Part shown: piece by piece, positions 37,493-47,903 of the stretch
How positions within the stretch are numbered: the stretch's first letter is position 1
How the letters are laid out: each line of letters opens with the position of its first letter
Origin: Bacteroidota bacterium
Lineage (GTDB): Bacteria > Bacteroidota > Rhodothermia > Rhodothermales > Bin80
Assembly: GCA_028873925.1 (NCBI GenBank)
Contig: JAPPNA010000162.1
Location: forward strand, 2,345-66,344
Direction: 5' to 3'
Length of the DNA: 64,000 nt
The notes under the pieces: model-generated
The model's database searches: none
What the model saw: the letters and a program-made list of their open reading frames with translations, nothing else
What the model was told of the DNA's origin: nothing
Position numbers and translations under genes: made by a program

Positions 37493-39843
37493 GTTTACTG
37501 ACGAAAATCCGGCGTGTGCTTCGGCTCAACCGCGTCCCTGAGGGCCGGTGGTTCCGAATCGTCGTGCTCGCTGCGCTGGTGAGCCTGACGGCCCTGGCCT
37601 TTTATCATGAGAATGTGCGGGAATTTGCGGTGGAGGAGGGGGAGATGTGGAGTGGGCGGACGATACAGGCACCGTTTGATTTTCCGCTGAGAAAATCGGA
37701 AGACTCGCTGCGGGCCGAGCGCGCGCGTGTGCGGCAGACTGTGGAGCCGATCTTCTACCGCGTCCCCGACGCGGCCGGACGGATGCAGCGCAATCATGAT
37801 GTGGTCGGCCGGGAACTGGACCTGGTCTTTGCGCGGTATGCAAACTATCTGATGCGCGCCAAGCGGGACAGCCTTGCGGTCAGTGAAGAAGAAGGCCCGG
37901 TCCGCCTCTCACCGACCACAGTTCAGGACTCGCTGGCCTACCTGGAGGCTCGGCAGGGTGTGACGGTACGATTCACCGAGGACCAGTGGCGTTGGCTGGG
38001 CTGGGACTACGCGCAGCGACTGCCATCGATGCCGGATGCGCAGCGCGGTGACTTTGCGCCCGCGCCGCCGATGTATGAGTCCATCCTGGAGGCGGTCTAC
38101 ACCCGCAGCGGGCGGCTGCAGGCCGGCGTGCTGAGCATACCGATTGACAGCATCCATACCCGCGAAATCAGTCTGCGGGACACTACGGACAGCTCGTTTG
38201 AGATCGTTTCCAAAAGCGAGCTGATCGGACTCAATGCGCTATACGAACGGATCAGCGACTATGCGGAGGACTATCTGAGCCTGGATACGGCCGAAAGGCT
38301 GAATGTGGGTGAACAGCTGCTGGCCGCCATATTCGTGCCCGGGCTTGAATATCAGCGGGCCTCTACGGAGCTGCTGTGGCAGGAGGCGGAGGCGGGTATT
38401 TCAGAAGTCCGCGGCATGGTGTCACAGGGGGAAGAGATCGTTCGACGCGGGGAACAGGTTAGCGCCGAAACCCGCCAGAAGCTGCAATCACTGGCCACAA
38501 CGCGGCTGGAATTTCAGCGGACCGGCGATTCCCGGCTGATCGTTTCGGAGCTGATCAGCTGGCGCACGCTCGGCAAGATCCTCATTGCGCTCGCCACTTT
38601 CATGGTGTTCTGCCTGTATCTGCTGATGGCCCGTCCTGCGGTGGTGAGGGACAACAATCTGGTGCTGCTGATCGGACTGGTGTATGCAGGGGTCATTCTG
38701 CTGTTTTATGCGGCGGTTCGCGAAGATCCGGACTTCCTGTATGTGGTTCCGGTCGTGGTGGCCTCGGTGCTGTTTACGATTGTGTTTGATTCGCGTGTGG
38801 GGCTCGTCGGTACGCTCACGCTCGCGCTTATTGGGGGGCTGATCCTGGACTTTGATTTTCAATATACTTACGCCACACTGGCCGCCGGCGGCTGCGCGGT
38901 CTACAGCGTCCGGGACATCCGAAACCGGGGACAGCTGTTCTACAGCGCTGGCTTCGCCCTGGTCGGCTACGGCATCGTGCTGGCCTCATTCTGGCTGCTG
39001 GACTACAGCTCTACGCTTACTCTGGGGAAGTACGCGGTACTCGTAGGTATCAGCTCATTTTTGCTGGTGACGACCTACCCGTTCTTGTGGGTCCTTGAGC
39101 GTCTCTTCGGCATTACAACGGATCTGCGCCTGATGGAGCTGGCAGACACCAACCAGCCGCTGCTCAAACTGCTCAGCAATCAGGCACCAGGCACATTCAA
39201 TCACGCTGTTCAGGTGTCCAATATTGCGGAAACAGTCGCAGAAACCCTCGGGGCCAATGCGCTGCTTGCCAGGCTGGGCGGGCTGTATCATGATATAGGG
39301 AAGTCGTACAAGCCGGAAGCCTTTACCGAAAACCAGCGCGGTGGCATCAATCTTCACGACCAGCTGACACCACGTCTCAGTGCCCGGCTCATTATTGCCC
39401 ATGTGGAGGAAGGGGTCAAACTTGGGCGTGAACACGAACTGCCCCGGCCGATCATTGATCTGATCGCGACGCATCATGGTACCACAACCACCGCCTACTT
39501 CTATCACAAGGCCAAGTCAGCCAAGCGGGAGGGGGCCGAGCCCGTCAACGCGGATGATTTCCGGTATCCCGGACCTCGACCCCAAACAAAAGAGGCGGCG
39601 ATCCTGATGCTCACCGACAGTACGGAAGCCGCCAGCCGCAGCCTCCAGACCCAGGACGAAAAGACGCTCCGCAGCCTGATTGACAACATCGTGGCGGCCC
39701 GCATTAGGGAGGGAGAACTGGACGATTGCGGTCTGACGTTCAGGGACATCCGCCTGATTAAAGCCACACTGCTCAAGCAGCTGTGCGCCATCTACTACAT
39801 CCGCCCGGAATACCCGGATCAGAGGCCGCCCCGGTCGAAGTGA
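37489..39843 (+). CDS. 7TM-HD phosphohydrolase (PgpH-like)
   Basis: Extracellular domain, 7 TM segments, APGTFNH, LYHDIGK, THHGT, FRYPGPRP. ATGA overlap with the symporter gene. Confidence 0.9.
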   Translation: MSLLTKIRRVLRLNRVPEGRWFRIVVLAALVSLTALAFYHENVREFAVEEGEMWSGRTIQAPFDFPLRKSEDSLRAERARVRQTVEPIFYRVPDAAGRMQRNHDVVGRELDLVFARYANYLMRAKRDSLAVSEEEGPVRLSPTTVQDSLAYLEARQGVTVRFTEDQWRWLGWDYAQRLPSMPDAQRGDFAPAPPMYESILEAVYTRSGRLQAGVLSIPIDSIHTREISLRDTTDSSFEIVSKSELIGLNALYERISDYAEDYLSLDTAERLNVGEQLLAAIFVPGLEYQRASTELLWQEAEAGISEVRGMVSQGEEIVRRGEQVSAETRQKLQSLATTRLEFQRTGDSRLIVSELISWRTLGKILIALATFMVFCLYLLMARPAVVRDNNLVLLIGLVYAGVILLFYAAVREDPDFLYVVPVVVASVLFTIVFDSRVGLVGTLTLALIGGLILDFDFQYTYATLAAGGCAVYSVRDIRNRGQLFYSAGFALVGYGIVLASFWLLDYSSTLTLGKYAVLVGISSFLLVTTYPFLWVLERLFGITTDLRLMELADTNQPLLKLLSNQAPGTFNHAVQVSNIAETVAETLGANALLARLGGLYHDIGKSYKPEAFTENQRGGINLHDQLTPRLSARLIIAHVEEGVKLGREHELPRPIIDLIATHHGTTTTAYFYHKAKSAKREGAEPVNADDFRYPGPRPQTKEAAILMLTDSTEAASRSLQTQDEKTLRSLIDNIVAARIREGELDDCGLTFRDIRLIKATLLKQLCAIYYIRPEYPDQRPPRSK

Positions 39844-39848
39844 TTTAT

Positions 39849-41435
39849 TCACTCAGCTGAATGAATGATTGAATAGGCTGTGGACCTGGCTTTTCCGACG
39901 GACTGAAGACGTCCCTGGTTCACGAGTGCCTGCAGCAGTCGGGTAGCTTTTGAGCCGTTGAGTCCCAGCAGATTGATGACATCGCGTCGGCGGATCCGGC
40001 CATGTTTCCGGGCAAAGTTCAGGAGTGCTTCCGTATCCTGCCGGCCGATCGTGGCGGCTGATGGAGCGCGGATGGGGGGCGGATCCGCAGGCAGGTCGGC
40101 GGGGGCGTGATCCAGCATGGACAGGAGCCTGCGGGCCTGCCGGGTATCGCATTGGGCGAGGCGGGCGGCTTCGTACACATCCATGGGATCGTTCGGAGGC
40201 AGCTGGGAAAGCAGCAGGAGGGCCTGGGTGGGCAGCGCATAGCCCAAGCGGTCTTTCGCGCGGGTGATGCGAGTCAGCAGCGACAGGCTGGCCGGTCGAG
40301 TGCTCAGTTCAACCACCACCTTATGAGCGGTAGACTGCGTGAAGGAGGGGGCCATACGGCCGTGCTTCAGCAGCCCCCCGTAGATGTGGTCTAGTCCGCG
40401 ACCGGAGCGTCGGGTCAGTCCGATACGCATCATCGCGGTGGCCAGGACCGGGTTGCGCGTCACTGGATCCGCATTCAGCAGTCGGGAAGGATCGATATCC
40501 GGCAGGAAGCCGCCCGGGCTGGTGATGGTAACCGAGTTGAGACCCCACTTGATCTGAATAGGGCCAAACCGCCCGTAATCGCGGTGGATAAAAGCATTGG
40601 TTACGGATTCTTTCAGGCACGCCCGGGCCAGGCTGGGTACCCGGATCAGATGTTGATCCACATGTATATTGACCGCGGTCACGCGTTCCTGATAGTATTG
40701 CTCAATCAATTCATACAGCATCAGCAGCGGCGAGCGGTGGTATTGGTGTCCGTCAGGGTCGCCGATGGCCAGTTCGTGCGCCGGTACATGGCGCGTCAGG
40801 GCTTCCGGTGTCCCGGCAAGCAGCAGGCCCGCAACGGTAGGCACGCGCCTGCCGCCATAGTCCACCGTCAGCTGCAGTGTCTCGTCCAGCTCCGCATTGG
40901 TGAGCGCCTGCAGGTCAGGCTCACCCCCGAATCTCAAGACTGCCTGGCGAATTCTGGCGCGTTCCAGATCGGACAGGTCCCCCAACCCAGCCTCCGGCAC
41001 CGGCTGGGCGGTGACATCCAACACGCCACTACCGGCGAGCCTGGAAGCAAAGTGATAGGGCAGTAGAGGGCGGTTTTCAAAACCGCCCTTAAACGTTTTC
41101 CGCCGCCCGTAAATCCTTCCGTCGTCGGTGGCAACCAGTTGGGCGGACCTGGGCACCTCAAGCCGGAGCACACGCGTCTGCTGAATCCTGTGCGACCCAG
41201 CCCGGACCGCAACCGCCGGATGCGTCCCCTGGGCAATACGCCGTACAAGCCGCGTTCCGTCATCCCGATGAGGACGCAGTCCGCTGACCCGACCATCCGG
41301 CTCAATGCCGAGATAGATCAGACCGCCATCCGTGTTGGCCAGACTGGCTGCGGCTAAGGCTAAGGATTCGTCGCCATGCCCATTGTAATCACTCACGTAC
41401 ATAACAGTGAGTGATTCCATTTCTAATTCACTCAT
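39849..41435 (-). CDS. AlbA_2 (Schlafen-like) / RecG-C ATP-binding protein with C-terminal wHTH
   Basis: LANTDGGLIYLGI, PTVAGLLL, ESVTNAFIHRDY, ITSPGG, RNPVLA, GRGLD, C-terminal wHTH. Confidence 0.85.
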   Translation of the reverse strand: MSELEMESLTVMYVSDYNGHGDESLALAAASLANTDGGLIYLGIEPDGRVSGLRPHRDDGTRLVRRIAQGTHPAVAVRAGSHRIQQTRVLRLEVPRSAQLVATDDGRIYGRRKTFKGGFENRPLLPYHFASRLAGSGVLDVTAQPVPEAGLGDLSDLERARIRQAVLRFGGEPDLQALTNAELDETLQLTVDYGGRRVPTVAGLLLAGTPEALTRHVPAHELAIGDPDGHQYHRSPLLMLYELIEQYYQERVTAVNIHVDQHLIRVPSLARACLKESVTNAFIHRDYGRFGPIQIKWGLNSVTITSPGGFLPDIDPSRLLNADPVTRNPVLATAMMRIGLTRRSGRGLDHIYGGLLKHGRMAPSFTQSTAHKVVVELSTRPASLSLLTRITRAKDRLGYALPTQALLLLSQLPPNDPMDVYEAARLAQCDTRQARRLLSMLDHAPADLPADPPPIRAPSAATIGRQDTEALLNFARKHGRIRRRDVINLLGLNGSKATRLLQALVNQGRLQSVGKARSTAYSIIHSAE

Positions 41436-41865
41436 GCGTTTGAATGTAATTATTCGTACGGATCCAGATGGCTGAATGAAGATGCTGTATGAATGAGTTA
41501 ACGTTCGTGCGCGCGAAAGGTGCGCGTGAATAAATGATGGCGGTCATGCTGTCCGTATGTGCAGGGCGGGTGGGGCTCGCGTTATGTTCATGTCGGTCGT
41601 GCCGGGTGAGTCAGGGGGTGAGGCGGTCTTGTCATCCGGGTCGTATCAGCGGGCTGGCTGGCCGGAAGAGGCGCTGATTCCCTGCAGCAGCGGAATTCCC
41701 ATGACAGCAACGGCAACCGAACGGCGCAGATCACCGGCGGGGCTCAGCCAGGGTCGGGATAACCGGGTGCTGCCCGAATCTTTGCCGGTGCTGTTTACTC
41801 AAACCGGTCCGTGTACTGTGGAGATTTGACGGATCGGCTGCGATGTCGGGGGATTGGGCCCGTCA

Positions 41866-42690
41866 CTATAAATCCCGATGACGCTGGGACAGCCAGCCAA
41901 CGCCTACGAATACGACAGCATAAATCAGCGCGATCAGGACCAGCTCCTCAACAGGGCGAAAGGCATACGGAGCCGCCCCCTCACTAATAAGGTCAGCGTT
42001 GACGGATTCAAGCAGGTCAGGATACCACGCCAGGTCATCCCTCAGCTCCTCCGACACATGCATGGGCAGGTACTCAGCCAAATGCCGCAGCACGGTGTCT
42101 GACAATCTCAACAAGACCGCAATGATTTCCTCCAGGATCATGTACAAAAACAGGATACCCAGTGCCGGCCCCGCGGACCGTACCAAGGTAGCAATCATCA
42201 GCCCCATTCCGCCGCCCTGTAACAGCGCTGCCGTTAATCCGGCACAATACGCAAGATCAGCCAGGCGCACGAATTGGGGGCCGGAATCGTCCCCACTCAC
42301 CAACGCGCCGATACCACCGATCAGAATCGGGATCAGCAGAAACAGCCCGGTCAGCACGCCCAACAGGAGGACCTTACCACCGTAAGCCTGGTCCCTGCTG
42401 AGACCGTTTATAACCATTTGACGACCCGTGCGCCAGGTATACTCGGGCGCACAGAGCAGAATCATGAGCACGGGAACTAGGAATATCCCGCCCCCCTCGT
42501 GGAAGCCCAAAATCTGCGGCCAGCTGTCCGGCAAAGCAAAAGTCCGACCAGGGAACTGCGCTGTTCGCACGGAGATGACCGTGAAGATCGTGTTGAGCGC
42601 TACTGCTAACAGGAGAATCACCCAGAAGGCGACCCGACTTCTGGTCTTGAGCACCTCTATCCTGAAGAGAATCTGCAGCTTCCCGCTCAT
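41866..42690 (-). CDS. ABC-2 type transporter permease
   Basis: About six hydrophobic segments, EYTWRTGRQMVINGLSR; overlaps the ATPase gene. Confidence 0.85.
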   Translation of the reverse strand: MSGKLQILFRIEVLKTRSRVAFWVILLLAVALNTIFTVISVRTAQFPGRTFALPDSWPQILGFHEGGGIFLVPVLMILLCAPEYTWRTGRQMVINGLSRDQAYGGKVLLLGVLTGLFLLIPILIGGIGALVSGDDSGPQFVRLADLAYCAGLTAALLQGGGMGLMIATLVRSAGPALGILFLYMILEEIIAVLLRLSDTVLRHLAEYLPMHVSEELRDDLAWYPDLLESVNADLISEGAAPYAFRPVEELVLIALIYAVVFVGVGWLSQRHRDL

Positions 42691-43616
42691 GAATCCTCCG
42701 GCACGGGCTTACCGTCAGTCAGATCCATGAAGATGCTCTCCAAGCTGTCGCGATACGGTGCGAGATGGGACAGATAGATGCCCTGTCGGGCGAGGAATCG
42801 GTTTACGCCGACCAGATCTCCGTCTGTCAGCGTCACAATGACCCCTTCCTCCGTCTGGCGCACGACTGCCGCGGCCGCGTAGCCCTTCAGTGCGTTCAGT
42901 ATTTCATCGTTGGTGTCCGCCCGGAGCAGGGCGCGCGTCCCCTGACTGACCACTTCTTCCACCGACCCCTGCGTTAGGATTTTTCCCTTATGGATAATTG
43001 CGACATGGGAGCAGACCCGCTCAACCTCCCACAACAGATGGCTTGACAGGAAAATGGTCCTGCCGCGGGCGGCCAGCGAGCGGATGATTCGGCGAATGTC
43101 CCGCATTCCCTGCGGGTCCAACCCATTCGCCGGCTCGTCAAGGATAATGAGCTCTGGATCATTCAGCATGGCAGCCGCAAGCGCGAGCCGCTGCTTCATC
43201 CCCATTGAGTAGGCGCGGAAACGCCGATGCCCCTGGTCGGCCAGGTCAACTAGACTGAGACATTCTTCCACCCGGGCGTGACCGACCCCCTTAATGGTCG
43301 CGGCAATACGAAGGTTGTCGCGCCCGCTCAGGTAAGGGTAGAAATTGGGTGTCTCTATGGTGGCTCCAATACAGGAACGGGCGGCCAATACGTCCTTGGG
43401 GGCGGAGGATCCGAAAAGCGAAAACCGGCCGCCGGTCGGACGAATGATGCCCAGGAGCATGCCAATGGTGGTCGTCTTGCCACTCCCATTGGGGCCCAGA
43501 AAGCCGAAAACCTGACCCTGCTCAACCGAAATGGATACGCTGTCTGCCGCCATGACGGACTTCCCCCTGAGACTTCGGTAGCGTTTGCTCAGGTCGTGGG
43601 TCGCAACTATCGGCAT
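42687..43616 (-). CDS. ABC transporter ATP-binding protein (BcrA-like)
   Basis: GPNGSGKTT, YSMGMKQRL, ILDEPANGLDP, LSSH. Confidence 0.95.
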   Translation of the reverse strand: MPIVATHDLSKRYRSLRGKSVMAADSVSISVEQGQVFGFLGPNGSGKTTTIGMLLGIIRPTGGRFSLFGSSAPKDVLAARSCIGATIETPNFYPYLSGRDNLRIAATIKGVGHARVEECLSLVDLADQGHRRFRAYSMGMKQRLALAAAMLNDPELIILDEPANGLDPQGMRDIRRIIRSLAARGRTIFLSSHLLWEVERVCSHVAIIHKGKILTQGSVEEVVSQGTRALLRADTNDEILNALKGYAAAAVVRQTEEGVIVTLTDGDLVGVNRFLARQGIYLSHLAPYRDSLESIFMDLTDGKPVPEDS

Positions 43617-43850
43617 GGATCAGGCAGGGCGGGATTCAGGAGCTGGCGGAATTGAATGCGGATGCAGACGCATTCGGCATTCCCCCAATACCGCCGTGCC
43701 GCCACCCGGTTGCACACGCAGAAAACATACGCAATCAGCAGCCTGGACTTCACGGCCATTGCCGGCAGCCCGCCTGACGCTGAATGCAGCTCGTCTGAAA
43801 ACAGCGCAAACTATCATTGCCTCGTTTTGCGGGGAATAAGCGCGACCATC

Positions 43851-44861
43851 TCAAGGCAAAAAGCAGCGGGGGATCGGCATGTCCAAGGCCGAAATCAGTC
43901 CCGCCTCACTTGCTGAAACCAGCGGGATCGCATTAATCAGTGCGCCCACCGTGGCCGTATCCCCGTGAATTCCTCCCTCAATCTCCATTCGGATGGGCGG
44001 GTCTCCATCTACCATGATCAGATCTGTGGGGTTATCGGCCCCAACATACATGTACAACTCCAATGAAACCACCTCACGACCATACTTGTGCGCAACGGCA
44101 ACCTGATGAATGCCCGCGACCTGCCCCCGTTGGATGGTCAGATCAGATGTTTCCACGGTGGCCGTCGCAATGACGGGTTTCACTGTCTGGCGTACATAGC
44201 CTTCTTCGATCCCAAGTCCCTTCATCACCATCAGACAGGACTCCTGGAGTCCGGCATGACCTATCTCCATCTTATCCGCCAGTGCCTTAAAATCTTCGCA
44301 CGACAGGCCCGCACCAACCTTCTTTTGGAGAGGGAGCCGGCGCTTGCCAGCATCCACGCGTCGGACCACCTTAACGGAGTTGACGCGCGTGCACACCCCG
44401 GTAGCCGTCAAGGCGAGCACATCCATGGCATAGCCCGGATTGACACCGGTGCCGAACAGGGTTACGCCAAAATTAATGGCCGCTTGGTCAAGCTCGTATC
44501 CAACCAGGAAATTCTGCTCGGTCAGGTGGGAGAGCTCCTCGCAACTTGACACGACATCCGCTCCAGCCAGAATACACTGCAACAACTGCGACTGAACCTG
44601 CTCCAGGGACGAACCGGTCGTGTGCAGAACTACATCCGGCTGAAGATTGTGAAGCGTGCTTTTGGCCTCGTCTGAGACAACCTCATCGCAGGATACGCCG
44701 GCCAGCTCACCCACCGTTCGGCCAAACTTGTCCGGATCATTATCAATGGCCCCCACCAGCTCAATGGCCTCGGCAGGCTTCCTAAACAGCGCCCGAATGC
44801 ATTCCAGTCCAATCGGACCCAGGCCGTATTGAACGACGCGGATTCTGCCAGGGTAGTTCAT
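43851..44861 (-). CDS. NAD(P)H-dependent amine dehydrogenase / 2,4-diaminopentanoate dehydrogenase-like (DapB-N Rossmann) protein
   Basis: GLGPIG, VSSCEEL, GTGVNPGYAMD, RRLPLQKKVGAG, GIHGDTAT. Confidence 0.8.
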   Translation of the reverse strand: MNYPGRIRVVQYGLGPIGLECIRALFRKPAEAIELVGAIDNDPDKFGRTVGELAGVSCDEVVSDEAKSTLHNLQPDVVLHTTGSSLEQVQSQLLQCILAGADVVSSCEELSHLTEQNFLVGYELDQAAINFGVTLFGTGVNPGYAMDVLALTATGVCTRVNSVKVVRRVDAGKRRLPLQKKVGAGLSCEDFKALADKMEIGHAGLQESCLMVMKGLGIEEGYVRQTVKPVIATATVETSDLTIQRGQVAGIHQVAVAHKYGREVVSLELYMYVGADNPTDLIMVDGDPPIRMEIEGGIHGDTATVGALINAIPLVSASEAGLISALDMPIPRCFLP

Positions 44862-46495
44862 CAGTTGTCAGGCTGATGGAACGGATAGCCGAAATGACTC
44901 GGCGGCACGAAGGTCTCCTTTATGGTCCGGGCCGACACCCAGCGCAACAGGTTCAGGGGCGAACCCGCCTTATCATTGGTACCCGACGCGCGGGCACCCC
45001 CGAAAGGCTGCTGTCCTACCACGGCACCGGTGGGTTTATCGTTGATATAGAAATTGCCGGCGCAATCGCGCAGCGCGTCGCTCGCCTGAACAATGATCTT
45101 ACGATCCGTGGCAAAGAGCGCACCCGTGAGGGCGTATGGCGATGTCCGGTCGACGATTTTCAGGGTCTCCGCAAACTTAGCGTCTTCATAGACAAAGATG
45201 GTCACGACCGGACCGAAGATTTCCTCGCACATGGTCAGGTAACCCGGATCCGATGCCACAATGACCGTCGGCTGAATGAAATAGCCCTCTGCATCCGAAA
45301 ATCCGCCGCCGGCAATGACAGTCGCCTCGGGCGCATCCTGCGCATGTCTGATATAGCCGGTGATGCTGTCATAGGCTTTTTGGTCAATGACCGCGTTGAC
45401 AAAGTTTGAGAAGTCTTCCACCGTACCCATCCGGATTTCGGCCAATTGGTCCAACAGGGACCGGCGCGTGGCATCCCACCGGGAAGCCGGCACATAGACC
45501 CGGGAGGCCGCGGAGCACTTCTGCCCCTGATACTCAAAGGCACCGCGCACAATGGCCGTCGCAACCACCTCTGGATTCGCCGAAGCATGCGACACAATGA
45601 AATCCTTGCCGCCGGTTTCGCCTACAATGCGCGGATACGAATGGTAATGGGCGATATTGGCCCCAATCGTGCGCCACATATGCTGGAATGTTCCCGTGGA
45701 GCCGGTAAAGTGCAGGCCGGAAAAATGCCGGGAGGCCAGCACCGGATCGCCAATTACAGGGCCGGGACCCGGCACCATGTTGATCACGCCCGGCGGGAGC
45801 CCCGCCGCTTCCAGCAGGCGGTAAACATGGTACGCCGAGAAAATTGCGGTTGAGGCGGGCTTCCACAGCACTGTGTTGCCCATAATGGCGGGGGCCACCG
45901 GCAGATTCGCCCCAATGGCCGTGAAGTTGAAGGGGGTCACCGCAAACACAAAGCCCTCCAGCGCCCGGTATTCCAGCCTATTCCACATGCCGGGAGAGGA
46001 ATAAGGCTGATCGGCGTACAGGTCGTTAAGGAATTCAGCGTTGAACCGGTAGAAATCAATCGTCTCACAGGCGGCATCGATTTCAGCCTGGAAGGCATTT
46101 TTGCTCTGCCCCAGCATCGTGGACGCATTCAGCGTGTCCCGCCACGGTCCCGACAGCAGCTCGGCAGCTTTCAGGAAGATGGCAGCCCGGTCGGTATAGT
46201 GCATTCCGGACCAGTCGTGCCTCGCCTCCCGGGCCGCTTCAATGGCTCGGCTGACTTCTGCGGTACCGCAGTGGTGGACCTGGGCCAGCGTATGGGCATG
46301 CTCATGCGGCGGACGCACGGCCGCAGTCCGGCCTGTTCGGACCTCTTCGCCGCCGATAAAGGCTGGAATGTCCACCACCGACTCCTTCATGGAGGCCAGC
46401 TTAGCCTGTAGTGACCGGCGCTCCGGGGATCCGGGTGCGTAGCTCAAGACCGGCTCATTGATCGCATCAGGAATCGGAGCAATACTGTTGTTCAT
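44861..46495 (-). CDS. pruA: L-glutamate gamma-semialdehyde (P5C) dehydrogenase
   Basis: NEPVLSYAPGSPER, TPFNFTAI, FTGST, GETGGKDF, FEYQGQKCSA, QQPFGGARASGTNDKAG. ATG 46495 chosen as start. Confidence 0.95.
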   Translation of the reverse strand: MNNSIAPIPDAINEPVLSYAPGSPERRSLQAKLASMKESVVDIPAFIGGEEVRTGRTAAVRPPHEHAHTLAQVHHCGTAEVSRAIEAAREARHDWSGMHYTDRAAIFLKAAELLSGPWRDTLNASTMLGQSKNAFQAEIDAACETIDFYRFNAEFLNDLYADQPYSSPGMWNRLEYRALEGFVFAVTPFNFTAIGANLPVAPAIMGNTVLWKPASTAIFSAYHVYRLLEAAGLPPGVINMVPGPGPVIGDPVLASRHFSGLHFTGSTGTFQHMWRTIGANIAHYHSYPRIVGETGGKDFIVSHASANPEVVATAIVRGAFEYQGQKCSAASRVYVPASRWDATRRSLLDQLAEIRMGTVEDFSNFVNAVIDQKAYDSITGYIRHAQDAPEATVIAGGGFSDAEGYFIQPTVIVASDPGYLTMCEEIFGPVVTIFVYEDAKFAETLKIVDRTSPYALTGALFATDRKIIVQASDALRDCAGNFYINDKPTGAVVGQQPFGGARASGTNDKAGSPLNLLRWVSARTIKETFVPPSHFGYPFHQPDN

Positions 46496-46644
46496 TCTGC
46501 CTCTTGAACGGTGATAGAGCAAGCGTACGTAATCTGGCGCTCCATGTTCGCGTTCAACTTTGCAGATTTGCTGAATTCGCCGGGGTCCGACAGAACATTG
46601 GTGCCGGCGATCCGTCTTACCTGATCCACCCTTCAATCCCGAAT

Positions 46645-47892
46645 TTGGCCTCGTTTCATTCCTTCGTCGCCTGGCGCTATTTGCGGGGGGTACAGGGCCG
46701 CGATGGTGATCGCCGGTTCCTGCGCTTTATTCTGATCATTGCCGTAGGCGGGGTCGCCATCGGTGTCGCTGCACTGCTGCTGGCCTTGGCCATCGTCCGC
46801 GGGTTCAGTGAGGAGATCGAAGCTAAGATCATCGGTTTCGGAGCCCACATCCAGATCGAGAATGTGCGCAACGAGCCCCTTGATCAGGCCGAAGCGCTGA
46901 CTGCCCATGTCATCCGGCACGAGGCGGTAGCTTATGTCCAGCCGGTCGTAAGCGAGTTCGCGCTGCTGCGAAGGTCCGCCCGGGAAATTGATGGGGTCAA
47001 CCTGTGGGGCACAGACATGCTGCCCACATACCTTCAGGGGGCCATAGTTGATGGCAGCCGCGCACTTGGAGAGGACTCCAGCGGAGCCACCCGTCTGATT
47101 ATGGGCCGCAGCTTGGCCGATCGCCTTCAACTGGAGATTGGCGAAACGGTGACCATGCTTTCCACGCGAACGCTCAGCGGGTCGGCAGCTGAGCTGGTTC
47201 GGGCACGCCCCAGATTCAAGCAGCTAACGGTCACGGGTATTTTTGAAACCTCCCTGGCGGATTTTGACGAGACGTATGTATTCACCCATATCGATGCCGC
47301 ACGCCAGTTCCTGGCCTATGCGTCGGATGAGGTCACGCGCCTGGATGTGATGCTCCATGATGCGGCGCAGGCCCCGGACATAGTTCGGGATCTGGACGGT
47401 GAACTGGGGCTGGGTGTGCTCTCACGAACGATTTATGAGATCTATCGCGGGCTATTTGCGTGGGTGAGCCTGCAGGAAGCCATCATCCCGCTGGTGATCG
47501 GCATCCTGATCGTCGTTGCCGCCTTCAATATTATGGGCATTCTGCTCATGGTGGTGCTGGAGAAAACCCGCGAAATAGGCATCCTGACCGCCATGGGTAC
47601 CACCAGGCGCGGCATCCGGCACCTGTATATGCTGCTGGGCGGGCTGATCGGCGGAGCGGGCACGGCAGCCGGAATTTCGCTGGCGCTCGTGTTGTGCCTG
47701 CTGCAAATGCGTTTCGGCATCATTCCACTGCCGGCCGAGGCATATTATATTTCGGTGGCACCTGTTTCCCTACGCTGGACTGATTTTGTGCTCGTCGGCA
47801 TGATTGCGCTGGTACTGTGCACGGCTTCTTCCTATTTTCCGGCCCGTTACGCATCCCGTATTGATCCAATCCGCGTGATCCGATTCAACTGA
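46645..47892 (+). CDS. LolC/E-family ABC transporter permease
   Basis: AWRYLR, GVAIGVAAL, VAAFNI, EKTREIGILTAMG, YFPARYASRIDP. TTG start inferred. Confidence 0.88.
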   Translation: MASFHSFVAWRYLRGVQGRDGDRRFLRFILIIAVGGVAIGVAALLLALAIVRGFSEEIEAKIIGFGAHIQIENVRNEPLDQAEALTAHVIRHEAVAYVQPVVSEFALLRRSAREIDGVNLWGTDMLPTYLQGAIVDGSRALGEDSSGATRLIMGRSLADRLQLEIGETVTMLSTRTLSGSAAELVRARPRFKQLTVTGIFETSLADFDETYVFTHIDAARQFLAYASDEVTRLDVMLHDAAQAPDIVRDLDGELGLGVLSRTIYEIYRGLFAWVSLQEAIIPLVIGILIVVAAFNIMGILLMVVLEKTREIGILTAMGTTRRGIRHLYMLLGGLIGGAGTAAGISLALVLCLLQMRFGIIPLPAEAYYISVAPVSLRWTDFVLVGMIALVLCTASSYFPARYASRIDPIRVIRFN

Positions 47893-47903
47893 CCGCACCG
47901 CCC

